Source of the DNA: Gammaproteobacteria bacterium
Lineage (GTDB): Bacteria; Pseudomonadota; Gammaproteobacteria; Eutrophobiales; Eutrophobiaceae
Assembly: GCA_965243205.1 (NCBI GenBank)
Contig: CBDEUK010000002.1
Location: forward strand, 1,344,001-1,408,000
Length of the DNA: 64,000 nt
Reading direction: 5' to 3'
In this document: in pieces, positions 21,642 through 30,480 of the stretch
Layout: every line of letters begins with the position of its first letter
How positions within the stretch are numbered: position 1 is the stretch's first letter
Notes under the pieces: model-generated
Told to the model about the DNA's origin: nothing
The model's input: only the letters and a program-made list of their open reading frames with translations
The model's database searches: none
Program-made: the position numbers and the translations under genes

Positions 21642-23093
21642 ATGCAACTGTCAGTAATACAACGAGTACTTGGAATATTATTGGCGTTATTCAGCTTAAC
21701 TTTATTACCACCAATGGTTGTGAGTGTTCTAACACACGATTCTAATTTTTTAACATTTTTATACGCTTTTTTACTCATTCTTGTTACAGGCATCATTCTT
21801 TGGTATCCAGTAAGAAATATTCATAAAGAATTACGATTACGTGATGGCTTTGTTGTAGTCGTTTTATTCTGGACGGTACTTAGTTTATCAGGCGCTGTTC
21901 CTTTAATGATTGCCGAAAATCCACATCTAAGTCCTACTGATGCTATCTTTGAATCCATGTCTGCATTAACCACCACTGGTGCAACTGTTATTGTGGGTAT
22001 TGATGATTTACCGAAATCCATTCAGTTTTATCGACAAGAACTTCAATGGTTAGGTGGTATGGGTATTATCGTATTAGCTGTTGCCATCTTACCAATATTA
22101 GGCATAGGTGGTATGCAACTGTATCGAGCAGAGACTCCAGGCCCTATTAAGGATTCAAAACTGACTCCTAGAATCACTGAAACTGCTAAAGCACTTTGGT
22201 ATATCTACTTATCGTTAACAATTGCATGCGCTGTTTTATATTGGATATTTGGCATGACGGTGTTTGATGCGATATCACACAGCTTTTCTACAGTTTCTAT
22301 TGGTGGCTTCTCAACGCATGATGCAAGTTTGGGGTATTTTGACAATATTTATATCGAACTTGTCGCGTCCTTTTTTATGTTAATAGCAGGAATTAATTTT
22401 ACCTTACACTATATTGCTTTTAGACATGGAAGCCTTACTGCATATATTCACGATACAGAGTTAAAAACCTATCTATTCGTTCTATTATTAGTCTTTGTTA
22501 TTTGTTCTTCGTATCTTATCAAAACTGGTTTTTACGCTACTGAACATGATGCTATTGTAGATAGTCTGTTCCATACCGTTTCGATTGCTACTACTACAGG
22601 TTTTACAACAACTACATATCAAAACTGGCCAAACTTTCTACCTATATTATTATTATTCGCAAGCTTCATTGGAGCTTGTGCAGGTTCTACAGGTGGCGGC
22701 ATGAAAGTCATTCGTATGGTCTTGTTATTCAAACAAGGTATGCGTGAAATAAAACGTTTAATGCACCCTAATGCTCTCATCCCAATTAAAATTGATAAGA
22801 AACCAGTACAAGAACGAGTAATTAACGCGGTTTGGGGATTCTTTGCAACGTATGTTGCTTTATTTGGTTTATTATTATTAGTCTTAATGGCAACAGGTCT
22901 AGATCAAGTGACTGCATTTTCTGCTATGGCCGCCTGTATGAATAACTTAGGCCCAGGTTTGGGTGATGTCAGTGCTCATTACGGTAACATCAGCGATCAA
23001 GCAAAATGGGTTTTATGTTTCGCTATGTTATTAGGCCGCTTAGAAATCTTTACCCTGTTAGTATTATTTACTCCTGCATTTTGGAGACTCTAG
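21642..23093 (+). CDS. trkH: Trk potassium uptake membrane subunit
   Basis: FESMSALTTTGAT, QWLGGMGIIVL, GSTGGGMK, MLLGRLE. Confidence 0.98.
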   Translation: MQLSVIQRVLGILLALFSLTLLPPMVVSVLTHDSNFLTFLYAFLLILVTGIILWYPVRNIHKELRLRDGFVVVVLFWTVLSLSGAVPLMIAENPHLSPTDAIFESMSALTTTGATVIVGIDDLPKSIQFYRQELQWLGGMGIIVLAVAILPILGIGGMQLYRAETPGPIKDSKLTPRITETAKALWYIYLSLTIACAVLYWIFGMTVFDAISHSFSTVSIGGFSTHDASLGYFDNIYIELVASFFMLIAGINFTLHYIAFRHGSLTAYIHDTELKTYLFVLLLVFVICSSYLIKTGFYATEHDAIVDSLFHTVSIATTTGFTTTTYQNWPNFLPILLLFASFIGACAGSTGGGMKVIRMVLLFKQGMREIKRLMHPNALIPIKIDKKPVQERVINAVWGFFATYVALFGLLLLVLMATGLDQVTAFSAMAACMNNLGPGLGDVSAHYGNISDQAKWVLCFAMLLGRLEIFTLLVLFTPAFWRL

Positions 23094-23102
23094 AAATATT
23101 TT

Positions 23103-23678
23103 ATGACTGATTCAGACGATGCAAAAAAATGGAACGCCATTTATGAAAAAAATGAATTTGCATTTTATCCTCCGTGTAAAGTCTTACATCAAAACATTCA
23201 TTTGTTACCAAAAACGGGCTCTGCTTTAGATCTCGCATGCGGTACAGGACGAAATGCTATTGCACTGGCCAAACAAAGCCTAGATACAACAGCGATTGAT
23301 GTTTCTGAAGTAGCTATTAGTAAACTTCTCAATTATGCGACAACTGAAAATTTAAAAATTAATGCACTAGCCAGCGATTTAAACAAAGAACCTCTAAATT
23401 ACAAATATGATGTCATTGTTGTTAGTCATTACTTGAACCGTAATATTATTCCTAATATTAAATCTGCTCTGAACGAAAATGGCTTAATTTTTTATCAAAC
23501 ATTTATAAAAAATAAGGTCGATGATATTGGTCCTAGTAATCCAGATTATTTATTAGATCAAAATGAATTGCTTGAGCTATTCAAAGAGTACGAAGTTTTA
23601 CTTTATCGTGAAGAAGGCATTGTTGGTGATATCGAACAAGGTTTTCGAAATGAAGCAATGATTGTTGTTAAAAAATAA
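23103..23678 (+). CDS. Class I SAM-dependent methyltransferase (TehB-like)
   Basis: ALDLACGTGRNA, YDVIVVSHYL, GPSNPDYLL. Confidence 0.85.
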   Translation: MTDSDDAKKWNAIYEKNEFAFYPPCKVLHQNIHLLPKTGSALDLACGTGRNAIALAKQSLDTTAIDVSEVAISKLLNYATTENLKINALASDLNKEPLNYKYDVIVVSHYLNRNIIPNIKSALNENGLIFYQTFIKNKVDDIGPSNPDYLLDQNELLELFKEYEVLLYREEGIVGDIEQGFRNEAMIVVKK

Positions 23679-23686
23679 TTACGCTT

Positions 23687-24712
23687 ATGTCTTTATATAA
23701 TCTTGCAAAACTATTTTTATTTCGCTTCAGTGGTGAAAATGCACATTCAATTGCGTTTGCCTTACTTAATCTATCCAAGAAATTAAATATTCTAAAATGG
23801 TTTATAAAAAAACCAAAAAACATACCTATCACAATTGCAAATATTACTTTTCCTAATCCAGTAGGGCTTGCAGCAGGTCTAGATAAGAACGGTGATTACA
23901 TTGATGCCCTGGCTGATTTAGGTTTTGGCTTTATCGAAATTGGTACCATCACTCCACGCCCACAACCAGGCAATCCTAAACCGCGACTATTTCGATTAAA
24001 GGAATATAACGCAATAATTAATCGCATGGGCTTTAATAATAAAGGCGTGAATTATCTTGTAGAAAAAGTAAAGCAATCAAATTTCGATGGCATACTTGGG
24101 ATTAATATTGGTAAAAACTTTGATACTGAAGTTGAAAATGCTGTAAACGATTATTTAATTTGTCTTGAAAAAGTCTATCAATACGCAAGCTATATTACTG
24201 TTAATATTTCTTCTCCAAACACACCTGGGCTGCGTAACTTGCAATATGGTGATACCTTACGTGATTTATTAATTCCTTTAAAAGAAAAACAAACTGAATT
24301 AACTAAAACGTTCGACTATAAACCTATCTTTGTAAAAATCGCACCAGACATGAATGAAGAAGAAATCGAAACCGTCGCAACAACATTAATTGAATGCAAT
24401 ATGGATGGAGTCATAGCAACTAATACAACCCTAGAACGCAACATGATCTGTGAATCTAAGTTCGCTGATGAAGCCGGTGGTTTATCTGGCAAACCCGTAG
24501 AAACATTATCGACTCAAACGATTAAACTGTTATCTAACAAGTTAAAAGGCAAATTACCTATCATAGGCGTTGGCGGCATTCATAATGGAGAATCTGCCGT
24601 TAATAAAATAAAAGCTGGGGCTTCACTCGTTCAAATCTACACAGGCTTTATTTATGAAGGGCCTGAATTAATTTCAAATTGCGTAGAAGCAATTTCTAAA
24701 GAAACTATCTAG
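23687..24712 (+). CDS. pyrD: Quinone-dependent dihydroorotate dehydrogenase
   Basis: NPVGLAAGLDKNG, INRMGFNN, NISSPNTPGLR, GGLSGKP. Confidence 0.98.
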   Translation: MSLYNLAKLFLFRFSGENAHSIAFALLNLSKKLNILKWFIKKPKNIPITIANITFPNPVGLAAGLDKNGDYIDALADLGFGFIEIGTITPRPQPGNPKPRLFRLKEYNAIINRMGFNNKGVNYLVEKVKQSNFDGILGINIGKNFDTEVENAVNDYLICLEKVYQYASYITVNISSPNTPGLRNLQYGDTLRDLLIPLKEKQTELTKTFDYKPIFVKIAPDMNEEEIETVATTLIECNMDGVIATNTTLERNMICESKFADEAGGLSGKPVETLSTQTIKLLSNKLKGKLPIIGVGGIHNGESAVNKIKAGASLVQIYTGFIYEGPELISNCVEAISKETI

Positions 24713-25168
24713 ATGTTTCATATAATTTTATACGAACCAGAGATCCCACCTAATACAGGAAATATTATTAGACTGTGTGCAAATACAGGCGCATCACTCC
24801 ATCTAATTCATCCTCTTGGTTTTGAACTCGAAGAAAAAAAATTAAGGCGTGCAGGACTTGATTACATTGAATGGGAAAATGTTAACGAATATCAAAACTA
24901 CGATGACTTAGTAAAACGTTTAAAACCAAAACGTATCTTTGCTATATCGACCAAAGGCAGTGTGCAACATACAATACCTGAATACCAAACAGGGGATGCT
25001 TTTATCTTTGGCCCAGAAACACGTGGCTTACCCGATAACATTAGAGAACATAAAAGTATGGATGGCATTATAAGAATCCCCATGATCGAAGGTAGCCGTA
25101 GCTTAAATCTATCTAACTCTGTCAGTATAATTTTGTATGAAGCCTGGAGACAATTGGATTTTCAATAA
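24713..25168 (+). CDS. trmL: tRNA (C34/U34)-2'-O-methyltransferase
   Basis: PEIPPNTGNIIRLCA, FGPETRGL, RSLNLSN. Confidence 0.97.
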   Translation: MFHIILYEPEIPPNTGNIIRLCANTGASLHLIHPLGFELEEKKLRRAGLDYIEWENVNEYQNYDDLVKRLKPKRIFAISTKGSVQHTIPEYQTGDAFIFGPETRGLPDNIREHKSMDGIIRIPMIEGSRSLNLSNSVSIILYEAWRQLDFQ

Positions 25169-25171
25169 GTA

Positions 25172-25789
25172 TTAACGAGCTGTTTTATTCAAGGCGACTG
25201 CTTGTGTACGATTATTAACCCCTAATGCTTGTAATATTGCACGCACATGTAATTTAACAGTGCCCTCTGTAAGCTCTAACTTTCTTGCAATCATTTTATT
25301 TGTGTCGCCTTCACAAATAAGCTGAAATACTTCTTGTTGACGGTTTGTAAGACACTCAGTAAGTTGTGAATGAGAAGGTATTTTATTAAGTATAAATTTT
25401 TTTTCGTTATTAGAATTTTCATTATTTGACAGCGTTGTAATTACCGCTCTTTCTAAGCCTGTATTATCTAGTGATTTAGTAAGGAAACTAGTTGCTCCTT
25501 TATTAATAGCAAGCCGACAATCCTCAGCTGATTCAGATCCTGTAATAATTATTATCGGAACTGTTGGATACGTTTGACGCAATTTTTCTATATGATCATA
25601 TGAGTTTCCTCCAGGCATATTTAAATCTAAAAATAAACAATCTGGAAAAATATATTTTGTATTCAACAAACTAAATAACTCTACAAAACTATCTGCTTCA
25701 ATTACATCAACAGATTGATAAAGCCTTTGCATGAGATTTTTTAATGCTTCTCTAAATAAAGGGTGATCATCTGCAATAAAAATATTCAT
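25172..25789 (-). CDS. NarL/LuxR-family response regulator (AgmR/ErbR-like)
   Basis: IADDHPLFREAL, LDLNMPG, LTNRQQEV...NKMIARKL...TVKLHVRAILQALGVNNRTQA; start set to ATG 25789. Confidence 0.92.
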   Translation of the reverse strand: MNIFIADDHPLFREALKNLMQRLYQSVDVIEADSFVELFSLLNTKYIFPDCLFLDLNMPGGNSYDHIEKLRQTYPTVPIIIITGSESAEDCRLAINKGATSFLTKSLDNTGLERAVITTLSNNENSNNEKKFILNKIPSHSQLTECLTNRQQEVFQLICEGDTNKMIARKLELTEGTVKLHVRAILQALGVNNRTQAVALNKTAR

Positions 25790-25833
25790 ATTAAACTGCC
25801 CTAATGGTTTCATGCCTAAATATAGTTATCCCC

Positions 25834-25881
25834 AAAAAAGCAAAATGCCGTGAGTACTATTTTATTAATATTCACGACATT
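25834..25881 (-). terminator. Putative terminator after the SRPBCC gene
   Basis: Minus strand AAUGUCGUGAAUAUU...AGUACUCACGGCAUU followed by UUGCUUUUUU. Confidence 0.6.
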
Positions 25882-25894
25882 ATATGAATTTATT

Positions 25895-26407
25895 TTATTT
25901 TGAAAAATGTTTTTCTAAACTTTGCAGCCCTGCATCATAAATTCCTGAAACTATCTCCATAGCTTTTTTATCATCAACTCCATCTGAATTAAAATTAGAT
26001 GTCCATGAAACAATTGTTTTACCATTACCGTTTTGATTCACATCTATGGTTGCAACATAATCACTAACAGGCAAAGGTGACTCAGTAATTGTATATGTAT
26101 AAGTCATATTTTCATTACTGTGAGCGACTAATTCTTCAGTAATTTTAGCTCCATCACCTAGTGTTAAAATACGAATAACGCCAGGTTTATTTTCATTCTT
26201 ATTGACTTTGCTACCTACTACAACGGGATGCCATACATCCAAATGATTGTAGTCGCCAATCATTTTCCAAACGGTTTCGGATGAGGCATTTATTTCATAC
26301 TGCTTTTCCACTTTGAGGTTACCCATAGCAGTCACTTTAAAACTACAAACAAAACAAGTCATCACTATAAAAATAATATTTAGATTATTAAAAGTTTTTT
26401 TTTGCAT
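25895..26407 (-). CDS. Secreted SRPBCC/START-fold protein (PYR/PYL-like, MxaD-like)
   Basis: Signal-peptide-like N-terminus (VTA|M); EINASSETVWKMIGDY...WHP, RILTLGDG..ITEEL, SPLPVSDY, IYDAGL. Confidence 0.85.
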   Translation of the reverse strand: MQKKTFNNLNIIFIVMTCFVCSFKVTAMGNLKVEKQYEINASSETVWKMIGDYNHLDVWHPVVVGSKVNKNENKPGVIRILTLGDGAKITEELVAHSNENMTYTYTITESPLPVSDYVATIDVNQNGNGKTIVSWTSNFNSDGVDDKKAMEIVSGIYDAGLQSLEKHFSK

Positions 26408-26475
26408 TGATTTTCTCCAGTTTTTTACTTCTCTAAGTATCAACTATTAAAAAATAATTCCCATATCTCTCTCGA

Positions 26476-26495
26476 TATATATCTAAAGACATATA
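26476..26495. promoter_or_regulatory. Candidate operator palindrome in the divergent promoter region
   Basis: TATATATC-TAAA-GACATATA (7 of 8 positions inverted). Confidence 0.35.
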
Positions 26496-26541
26496 AAATA
26501 TAAAAGCGTTTACCTAAGAAATAGCTCATACTATAGAAACA

Positions 26542-28260
26542 ATGTTTATGAACATGCAAAAAAATATTTTTTTAATATCACTTGTAATTTTATCTGGTGT
26601 GTTAATTAGCATAATCAGTAGCTATTTTTTATTACGCTATTCCAGAGAGCAAAATACCATTGAAATAGAACGACATTTTGAGATTCGTGCAGAACAATTA
26701 CAACTCAATATTAATAACACATTACAAACACTAGCATCACTTTCAGGCTTATTTTATTCCAGTAATCATGTTACTAAATCTGAATTTGATAAGTTTGTAT
26801 CTATTTCCACACAAAAACAAAATAGTATTATTTCACTAGCTTGGGTTCAATTAGTAAAAGATAAAGAACGTTCAGTATTTGAAAAGAAGATTTCTGGGCG
26901 CGGAACGCGTGGCAAATATATTTACGACATTAATAGTCATGGATTGGAATCCATTGCATTTAGACAAGCTCAATATTATCCAATCCAATATCTTTATTCA
27001 GAAATCAATAGTGAATTATTTCCAGGGCTTAATTTGGGCACTCAGTATAAAACAAAAAAACGATTCCAAAATGCAGCTAGATCTAAACAAACATTAATAA
27101 CTGAAAAAATATATTTGCGTAAAGGAACATTACTATTACCAATAGTACGAGCTTTTAAGCCCGTTTATAACGACGAAACAAAAAGTTTAGGCTCTTTAAA
27201 GGGTTTTGTATTTGGGCAAATTGATATTAAAGAACTTATGGAGTCTGTATTCGGTAACGAGGATAAACTTTCTATATTATTATTTGATATTGATTCAGAC
27301 TTGGATAAACAAAAACTCTATGCAAACCAAACAGCAAATTTATATCACTCTTCAATTAATAACATTAATGACATAGGTGAAGTCAGTTCAACTTATTGGT
27401 CTCGTTATTACGACATAGGTAATAGACGTTGGCTGGTTACCTTTATAGAAAATAATAATAACACGACATTTTGGTTACCTTTTTTAGGTTTGTTTTTTGG
27501 TTTATTTTTCACTTTTTTCCTTACCATCTATATGATAATTGCTTGGAGCAAAACCCAACAAGTCGATGAATTAAAAAAAGAGAACAAAGCAAAAACACGT
27601 TTTTTACAGGCAATTGGTCACGACCTTAGACAGCCCTTAAATGTAATTGGCTTACACATCACGAATTATGAACAAAAGAATATTGATTTAAGCTCAGAAA
27701 ATAAAACACTCTTAAATAACATACGCCAGTCAATTTCTGGCCTGCATAGCATGTTTACATCTTTGTTGGATATTTCTAGGCTTGAAGAAGGCTTGATAGC
27801 TCCCGAATTTAATCGGGTTAGATTACTACCATTATTTACAGATTTAAGTGATGAATTTGATTTATTAGCGAATCAAAAACATATTGAGATAAGAATGAAA
27901 TGCCAAGATATAGGCATTCACACTGATGAAATATTATTAGAGCGTATGTTAAGAAATCTATTAAATAACGCCATCAAATATACTGATAAGGGGAAAATAT
28001 TTTTTGGCGCCAGGCAAACTAATGAAATAGTAAAAATATATATTATGGATACTGGTAGAGGTATTGCAGATTCTGAAATAGAAACTGTATTGGAAACCTA
28101 TCAAAGAGGAAGTGAAACTGGAGATATTGATGGTCTCGGTTTAGGGCTTGCAATCGTTAAACAAACTGTCGAATTACTTAACATGGAACTTGAAATACAT
28201 TCAAAACAAAATAGAGGAACAACTGTTATAATTAAAATAAAAGAAAATAATAATTTATAA
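26542..28260 (+). CDS. CHASE-domain sensor histidine kinase (no receiver domain)
   Basis: TM; CHASE motifs VTKSEFDKF, LAWVQLV, YYPIQYL, GLNL, IGNRRWLV; TM; GHDLRQPL, NLLNNAIKYT, DTGRGI, GLGLGL. Confidence 0.88.
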   Translation: MFMNMQKNIFLISLVILSGVLISIISSYFLLRYSREQNTIEIERHFEIRAEQLQLNINNTLQTLASLSGLFYSSNHVTKSEFDKFVSISTQKQNSIISLAWVQLVKDKERSVFEKKISGRGTRGKYIYDINSHGLESIAFRQAQYYPIQYLYSEINSELFPGLNLGTQYKTKKRFQNAARSKQTLITEKIYLRKGTLLLPIVRAFKPVYNDETKSLGSLKGFVFGQIDIKELMESVFGNEDKLSILLFDIDSDLDKQKLYANQTANLYHSSINNINDIGEVSSTYWSRYYDIGNRRWLVTFIENNNNTTFWLPFLGLFFGLFFTFFLTIYMIIAWSKTQQVDELKKENKAKTRFLQAIGHDLRQPLNVIGLHITNYEQKNIDLSSENKTLLNNIRQSISGLHSMFTSLLDISRLEEGLIAPEFNRVRLLPLFTDLSDEFDLLANQKHIEIRMKCQDIGIHTDEILLERMLRNLLNNAIKYTDKGKIFFGARQTNEIVKIYIMDTGRGIADSEIETVLETYQRGSETGDIDGLGLGLAIVKQTVELLNMELEIHSKQNRGTTVIIKIKENNNL

Positions 28261-28267
28261 AACGTAT

Positions 28268-29272
28268 TTACATCTCTGCCTTAGGTTCTCTCTGTAATAA
28301 ATTCCTTACAGCTTGTTCAGGTTTACATTCTCCGTTAATGACTTGAAGAACTTGTTCACTGATAGGCATTTCTACATTGTATTGTTTGGCTAATAAACCA
28401 ATTTCTTGTGCCGTGTTAATACCTTCAACCGCTTCACCAATGTCATTTTGAGCTTGCTTTATGGTTTGGCCTTTAGCTAATGCCAAGCCAAATCTCCTAT
28501 TACGAGATAAATCATCCGTACAGGTTAAAACCAGATCGCCTAAACCAGCCAAACCTAAAAAAGTTTCAGCTTGAGCACCCATAGCAGTTGCAAGCCTTAA
28601 GATTTCTGCAAGACCTCGAGTAATTAACGCTGCACGTGTATTTGCTCCAAATCCTAAACCATCAGCTATGCCTGCGGCAATTGCCATCACATTTTTTACC
28701 GCACCGCCAATTTCTACACCTACCACATCGCTATTAGTATATGTACGAAAATTATCGTTGCGAAAATAACAAGCAAAATCTTCTGCGGCGACTTTATTTT
28801 CAGAAGCAATGGAAACAGCGGTGGGTAAACCTTTTGCGACTTCTTTAGCAAATGAAGGTCCTGATAAAATTAATGTTGTTGCATCATCACCAAAGACTTC
28901 ATTGACAACTTCATGTCCAAGTTTATGCGTTTCAGGTTCTAAGCCTTTTGAAGTTAAACAAATACGTAAATGTCTTTGATAGTTTTTATATAAGTTTTGT
29001 AAAACTGTTCGTGAAGCCGAACAAGGTACAGCCATAATAATATCATCAACTTCAAAAGCTATGTCAGTAAAGGTATTGACAGGGTGTAAATTCTCAGGGA
29101 ATTCTATGCCGGGTAAAAAACGTTCATTACTGTTTTTTTCTTGTAGTTCTAAGATATGTTTTGAATCTCTTCCCCACAAAAAAGTAGTATGTTGATTACT
29201 AGCCAATACTAGCGCTAAAGCAGTGCCCCAAGAACCAGCACCGATGACTAAAATGTTTTTTGCGTCAGTCAT
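28268..29272 (-). CDS. gpsA: NAD(P)H-dependent glycerol-3-phosphate dehydrogenase
   Basis: GAGSWGTAL, SGPSFAKEV, GLAGLGDLVLTC, SRNRRFG. Confidence 0.98.
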   Translation of the reverse strand: MTDAKNILVIGAGSWGTALALVLASNQHTTFLWGRDSKHILELQEKNSNERFLPGIEFPENLHPVNTFTDIAFEVDDIIMAVPCSASRTVLQNLYKNYQRHLRICLTSKGLEPETHKLGHEVVNEVFGDDATTLILSGPSFAKEVAKGLPTAVSIASENKVAAEDFACYFRNDNFRTYTNSDVVGVEIGGAVKNVMAIAAGIADGLGFGANTRAALITRGLAEILRLATAMGAQAETFLGLAGLGDLVLTCTDDLSRNRRFGLALAKGQTIKQAQNDIGEAVEGINTAQEIGLLAKQYNVEMPISEQVLQVINGECKPEQAVRNLLQREPKAEM

Positions 29273-29304
29273 TCAAATAAGAATAACAATGTTTTATGAC
29301 AAAA

Positions 29305-29793
29305 TTAATGTTTAGTATCGCTAGCAGCTTGCTGCTGTTGCATTTTTTGTTGCATCCATAAAACATCAAAATTAACAGGCGACAATAATAATTGAGGAAA
29401 TCCACCTCGTGCTACTAAATCAGCTACCACTTCGCGCGCAAACGGAAATAATATATTCGGGCAAGCAGTTGCTAAAATTTGTTCTAATGCCTCGTCGGGA
29501 AAACCATCGATTAGAAAAATTCCTGCTTGTTTTACCTCGACTAAATACACAGTAGAATCATTCATCTTGACCGTAATAGTCACGCCTAAAGTAACATCAT
29601 AAATATTACTATCGATTTTATTCGTTTCGTTTGCCAGTTCCATATTAACGTTTGGTTCCCATTTGTCCTTAAAAATATTTGGCGCATTGGGCGATTCGAA
29701 AGAAATATCTTTCACATAGACTTTTTGAATTGCTAACTGCCCTGTTACTTCATTTGTAGCACCTGCCTGTGCAGTTGTATTTTCTTCAGCCAT
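29305..29793 (-). CDS. secB: Protein export chaperone SecB
   Basis: YVKDISFESPNAP, CPNILFPFARE, GGFPQL. Confidence 0.98.
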   Translation of the reverse strand: MAEENTTAQAGATNEVTGQLAIQKVYVKDISFESPNAPNIFKDKWEPNVNMELANETNKIDSNIYDVTLGVTITVKMNDSTVYLVEVKQAGIFLIDGFPDEALEQILATACPNILFPFAREVVADLVARGGFPQLLLSPVNFDVLWMQQKMQQQQAASDTKH

Positions 29794-29811
29794 TTTTACT
29801 GCTTCACTCTA

Positions 29812-30234
29812 TTATTTTGAAATGGGTAGGTTAGCATTTTGCCACGCTAATAAACCGCCTTTTAAGAAACTCACATTCTCAAAGCCCGATTGCTTTAATG
29901 CACGGGTAATGCGTGATGATTCATTGCCACTTTGACAATATAAAATAACTGGTGATTTTTTATGTTTTTCGAGCTTCTTTGCAGATGTTTCAAATTCATC
30001 ATGCGGAATATTCATTGCGTTTATAATATGACCATCATTAAATTCGTTCGATTTACGAATATCGAGGACTACAGCATCTTCACGATTAATCAAATTCGTC
30101 ATTTCACTTGGGGAAATCGCTTTATTGCCACTAACCGCATCGCCAAATGAACTCCAAAGGAATAACACCACCAATGCTGCAAACAAAGAACATAAAAATA
30201 AGTGGTTTGAGATAAATTCAGGTAAATTTTCCAT
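29812..30234 (-). CDS. Membrane-anchored rhodanese-like protein (YibN-like)
   Basis: N-terminal TM, GHIINAMNIP, LYCQSG, LKGGLLAW. Confidence 0.92.
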   Translation of the reverse strand: MENLPEFISNHLFLCSLFAALVVLFLWSSFGDAVSGNKAISPSEMTNLINREDAVVLDIRKSNEFNDGHIINAMNIPHDEFETSAKKLEKHKKSPVILYCQSGNESSRITRALKQSGFENVSFLKGGLLAWQNANLPISK

Positions 30235-30480
30235 CTTTGATAATTTTATTTATATTGATAGATTGATATTTAAGTTAGGCCAGCGATCATACGTTATAAA
30301 TATAAGTTGGCAATGAGATTCTAGTTATTGGCCTAATACATTCTTAGAATTTCATGTTAAAATATGCACTTATTAATTAAAATTTCATTAAATCGTCATC
30401 TGTTCACAATCAATGCCTAATAGAAACGTATTCCTTGATTGAACTAAAATTTTTGTTAAAGACCACTGATTTGTTGTTCC

